Shown here: positions 60,987 through 64,000 of the stretch, piece after piece
Layout: every line of letters starts with the position of its first letter
Numbering within the stretch: position 1 is the first letter of the stretch
Assembly: GCF_009914755.1 (NCBI RefSeq)
Contig: NC_060936.1
Source of the DNA: the human T2T-CHM13v2.0 reference genome, Homo sapiens
Direction: 5' to 3' (one strand)
DNA length: 64,000 nucleotides
The notes under the pieces: model-generated
Seen by the model: only the letters and a program-made list of their open reading frames with translations
What the model was told of the DNA's origin: nothing
Databases searched by the model: none
Translations under genes and position numbers: made by a program

Positions 60987-61027
60987 TGACCCCAGAGGTC
61001 AGCTCTTCTGTGAAGGAGAGTGAATCA
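60987..61027. promoter_or_regulatory. KRT1: Composite nuclear-receptor/AP-1 element downstream of KRT1 (candidate KRT1 3' calcium-response element)
   Basis: TGACCC-cag-AGGTCA (60987-61001; two half-sites, 3-nt spacer) and TGAATCA (61021-61027), ~2.3 kb beyond the KRT1 poly(A) signal; fits the recalled description of the KRT1 3' AP-1/hormone-receptor element. Confidence 0.6.
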
Positions 61028-62445
61028 TCTCCCTCAAGGCCACCTAACTCTCATTGTTCTAAATCCACAGATCAAGCCAGCTCTTGTCAGTACTTTAGTT
61101 TCCCAGATCTCTTGATAACAGGATGGTATTTCAGTCACTGGAAGTATGTGTTTCCCCACAAGCTAATGCTGGACATTCTGGTTGACACATCCTTCATCTC
61201 TTGTGTGTTTGGTTCCCATAAATCAGTACTCAGGAGCAGATTCAACTTTGGGTGCACTAACAAATCAATTTCCTGTCCCTGCAGAGCTGTCACTGAGCCA
61301 CAGTGACCATATCAAGGTACTTCCCTCCATGGAGGCCCTGAGCAGCCAGCTGCCTTTTACTTTTTTGTCACTCCCTTTTTAATTCTTTTAGCTACTCTGT
61401 ATAACACATTCACAATTCACAAAGGTTTTCACGTTATATTTCTTTTCCTCTTGATGTCTAGAGGAAAATATTCTCATTCCCATTTCTCCTACAAGACAAC
61501 TTAGGCTCAGGATGGCCAAGTCACATCCAAAGATCCACACATCTTATAAGCTATAGATGCCTTTTCTTTGCCTGCCCTTTAAATAGTACAGTTCCTTGTT
61601 CTTTCTACTCTACCATAGTGCCTTTCAAATTCTGACATTAGTCTGAATGGAAATGGACATGGTGGTGTTTCATCCAGCTAAACCCACTGCTGGACTCACT
61701 CTGACAGTGACAGCAGGGGAATTTCCATAGGGAAGTGCCCGGAACCATCCCAAAATGGAGCCAGGTGGGATTCCAAAAAACAAAGCACTAAACACCAGGG
61801 TGATCAGTGTGCAGTATTTAAAAGGAGGACTAAAGGTTCAGAGTGAAGTGCAGCATTCTCACGGTGGACAGGGACATGAGGGATGTTCTAGCTGGGTATG
61901 TCTGCAGTTAAGGAGTCAGGTTATGGAATTTCATAGACGAGTTTAAGGAATTTGGCTCAGGGCGAAGGCTAGTTTCTGTGTGTTTAACAAAAGGGCTATT
62001 TCCCAGTGTTTCCCAGCAACAACTAAACAGCTTTGTCAGTGCCTGAGAATGTCCGAGACCCAGCTTTGCTTCAAGCCTGCAAAGGAAAGCATGCAGCTGG
62101 CCAAGTGATGGAGTAGACAAGGCACACTGTGTTTCCCGGTCAGGACACAGAAAGACAGCAGGGGACACTGGGGTCCCTACAGAAGGGATAACTGAGAAGG
62201 AAGAATAGAGCTCACCTGAGTTGTGTTTGCATAATACATGTGTGATCTATCCTCTCCTTATTCCATTAGCCCTGTGGGACTCTGGAGCTAAGAAGACTTT
62301 TCCTAATTGGAAACTAAGGAAATTGATCCTCAGAGAAGTTGACTGCTTTTTTCACGTTCATAGAACCATTACAAAAATTTTGGTAACTTGCTTCTTTGAG
62401 CAAGCATCTACTGAGCTGTATGGAGTCCCACAAGCAATGTTACGT

Positions 62446-62471
62446 CATCATCATCATCATCATCATCATCA
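62446..62471 (+). repeat. (CAT)n microsatellite followed by a MIR (~62480-62720)
   Basis: catcatcatcatcatcatcatcatca; MIR core aaaactgaggtgcagagatg...aacttgc downstream. Confidence 0.8.
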
Positions 62472-63295
62472 CCGTTATCATTAAAACTGGCACTTATTTA
62501 GTGCTTGCTGTGTGCTCAGCCATGTGTATTCATCTTATTCAATCCTCACACTATTCCCACAAGGAAGGCATTATCATCCCCAATTTAGACATACTAAAAC
62601 TGAGGTGCAGAGATGTCTGTAACTTGCACTGTATTACAGAACTAGTAAATGGTGATGGTAAGATTCAAACCCAAGCATATCTGAGTTCAACTGTCCATGC
62701 TTCTGGCCACTATGCTATCCTGTTGTACAACTTCACAAGTATGAGCTATGTGTCAACAAGGGAACTTCTTAGATTATGCAGAGCTTTGGGTGGTGGCACA
62801 AAAAGAGAAGGGAAATGGAATATCCAACTCTCTATTACCACTCTTAGTTCTTGAACTCCCCAGGCCAAAGTCTGTATTCTGGCTCCAGTAACTGCTGACC
62901 CTATATTACTCATGCCCCTCCTTACTGGCTGTTCCACGTGAAGAATTACTTTTTCATGCAATACTTTCCCTTCTTCTCAATGCCACACCTCTTCCTCCCA
63001 ACCTGCTTGCTCACTGCCCTTTTCAAGAAAGCCTTCTCAAATGAACAAAACCTGTCACCCGGTCTCTCCATTTCTCCATGACATCCCCACCATCTGGGAA
63101 AGTGCTTGCTCTCTCTGTGATTCCAGTCTGGTGAAATGTTGCCTGGTTGGCCTCTGCATTTTTCTCATGTTTGTGTGCATGACTTTCCCATATGCCATGT
63201 GGCTCTAGTGTCTTCTTTTACCTCACAAAACACCCATCCAGGTTAGACAGTGCCGTAAACAAGGGCGATCGAGACATGGAGAATTTCAAATGCAG

Positions 63296-63301
63296 TTTAT
63301 T
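63296..63301 (-). terminator. KRT1: KRT1 polyadenylation signal AATAAA
   Basis: Plus-strand tttatt ~437 nt downstream of the stop codon. Confidence 0.8.
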
Positions 63302-63737
63302 GCAGCAAAACAAGGAAATGGGGAGTTTAAGACCTCTCCACAAAAGAAAAACAACTTGCTTACACCTTATGTACAAAACCAAAACAGCACAGAAATAAGA
63401 TGCTAAGGAGCTGTCCACACCCTGGGTCTAACTGGTCCTACTCTGGCTGGCTTAAGGAGGTGCTTTGAAATGTCATGTGGGTGGTGGTCACTGCTGAACT
63501 GTTTCTCAGGGAAAGAACAAAGCAGGGTCATAGCCAGGGGACTGAGATTGCCACTGATCTGAAAACTTCATTGGGAAACAGCAGAAAAGAAAGAGCTGGG
63601 GGAATAGGATGAGCTAGTGTAACTAACCATAGCTCTTTTCTCCGGTAAGGCTGGGACAAATCGACCTCGGTCTTGCCAAGCATATTTGTTAGTGATGCTG
63701 GGGGAGAACTAGAGCTAATGAAACAGAGGGCATCTCT

Positions 63738-64000
<263 letters not shown>

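Overview
Mammalian (human-type) genomic DNA from the type II keratin cluster (12q13.13 by recognition of the proteins). All keratin loci lie on the minus strand. In window order: KRT73 exons 5-1 (2280-7116; exons 6-9 lie left of the window); an unprocessed, heavily disabled type II keratin pseudogene (~18233-23175, probably KRT128P); the complete 9-exon KRT2 gene (CDS 33578-40701, 1920 nt = 639 aa, with a GC-AG intron 5); and the last exon and 3' UTR of KRT1 (63738-64000). Intergenic DNA holds Alu, L1, L2, MIR, MER5A, MER81, Tigger2, MADE1 and a MER54-like solo LTR. The most notable unexplained structure is a ~160-bp inverted copy of the KRT73 core promoter (~85% identical by hand alignment, 44-bp perfect core, TATA-like box). 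It sits in intron 1 about 20 bp from the exon 1 donor and points back into exon 1, so exon 1 is bracketed by two convergent promoter copies. Other notable items are a TSD-flanked, 5'-truncated STIP1 retrocopy nested in an old L1, a 22-bp-stem hairpin in KRT2 intron 1, and an AP-1/nuclear-receptor composite element downstream of KRT1. Most short ORFs in the supplied track are non-coding noise or antisense shadows of keratin exons. Repeat subfamily names are from recall of consensus sequences and were not verified with RepeatMasker.
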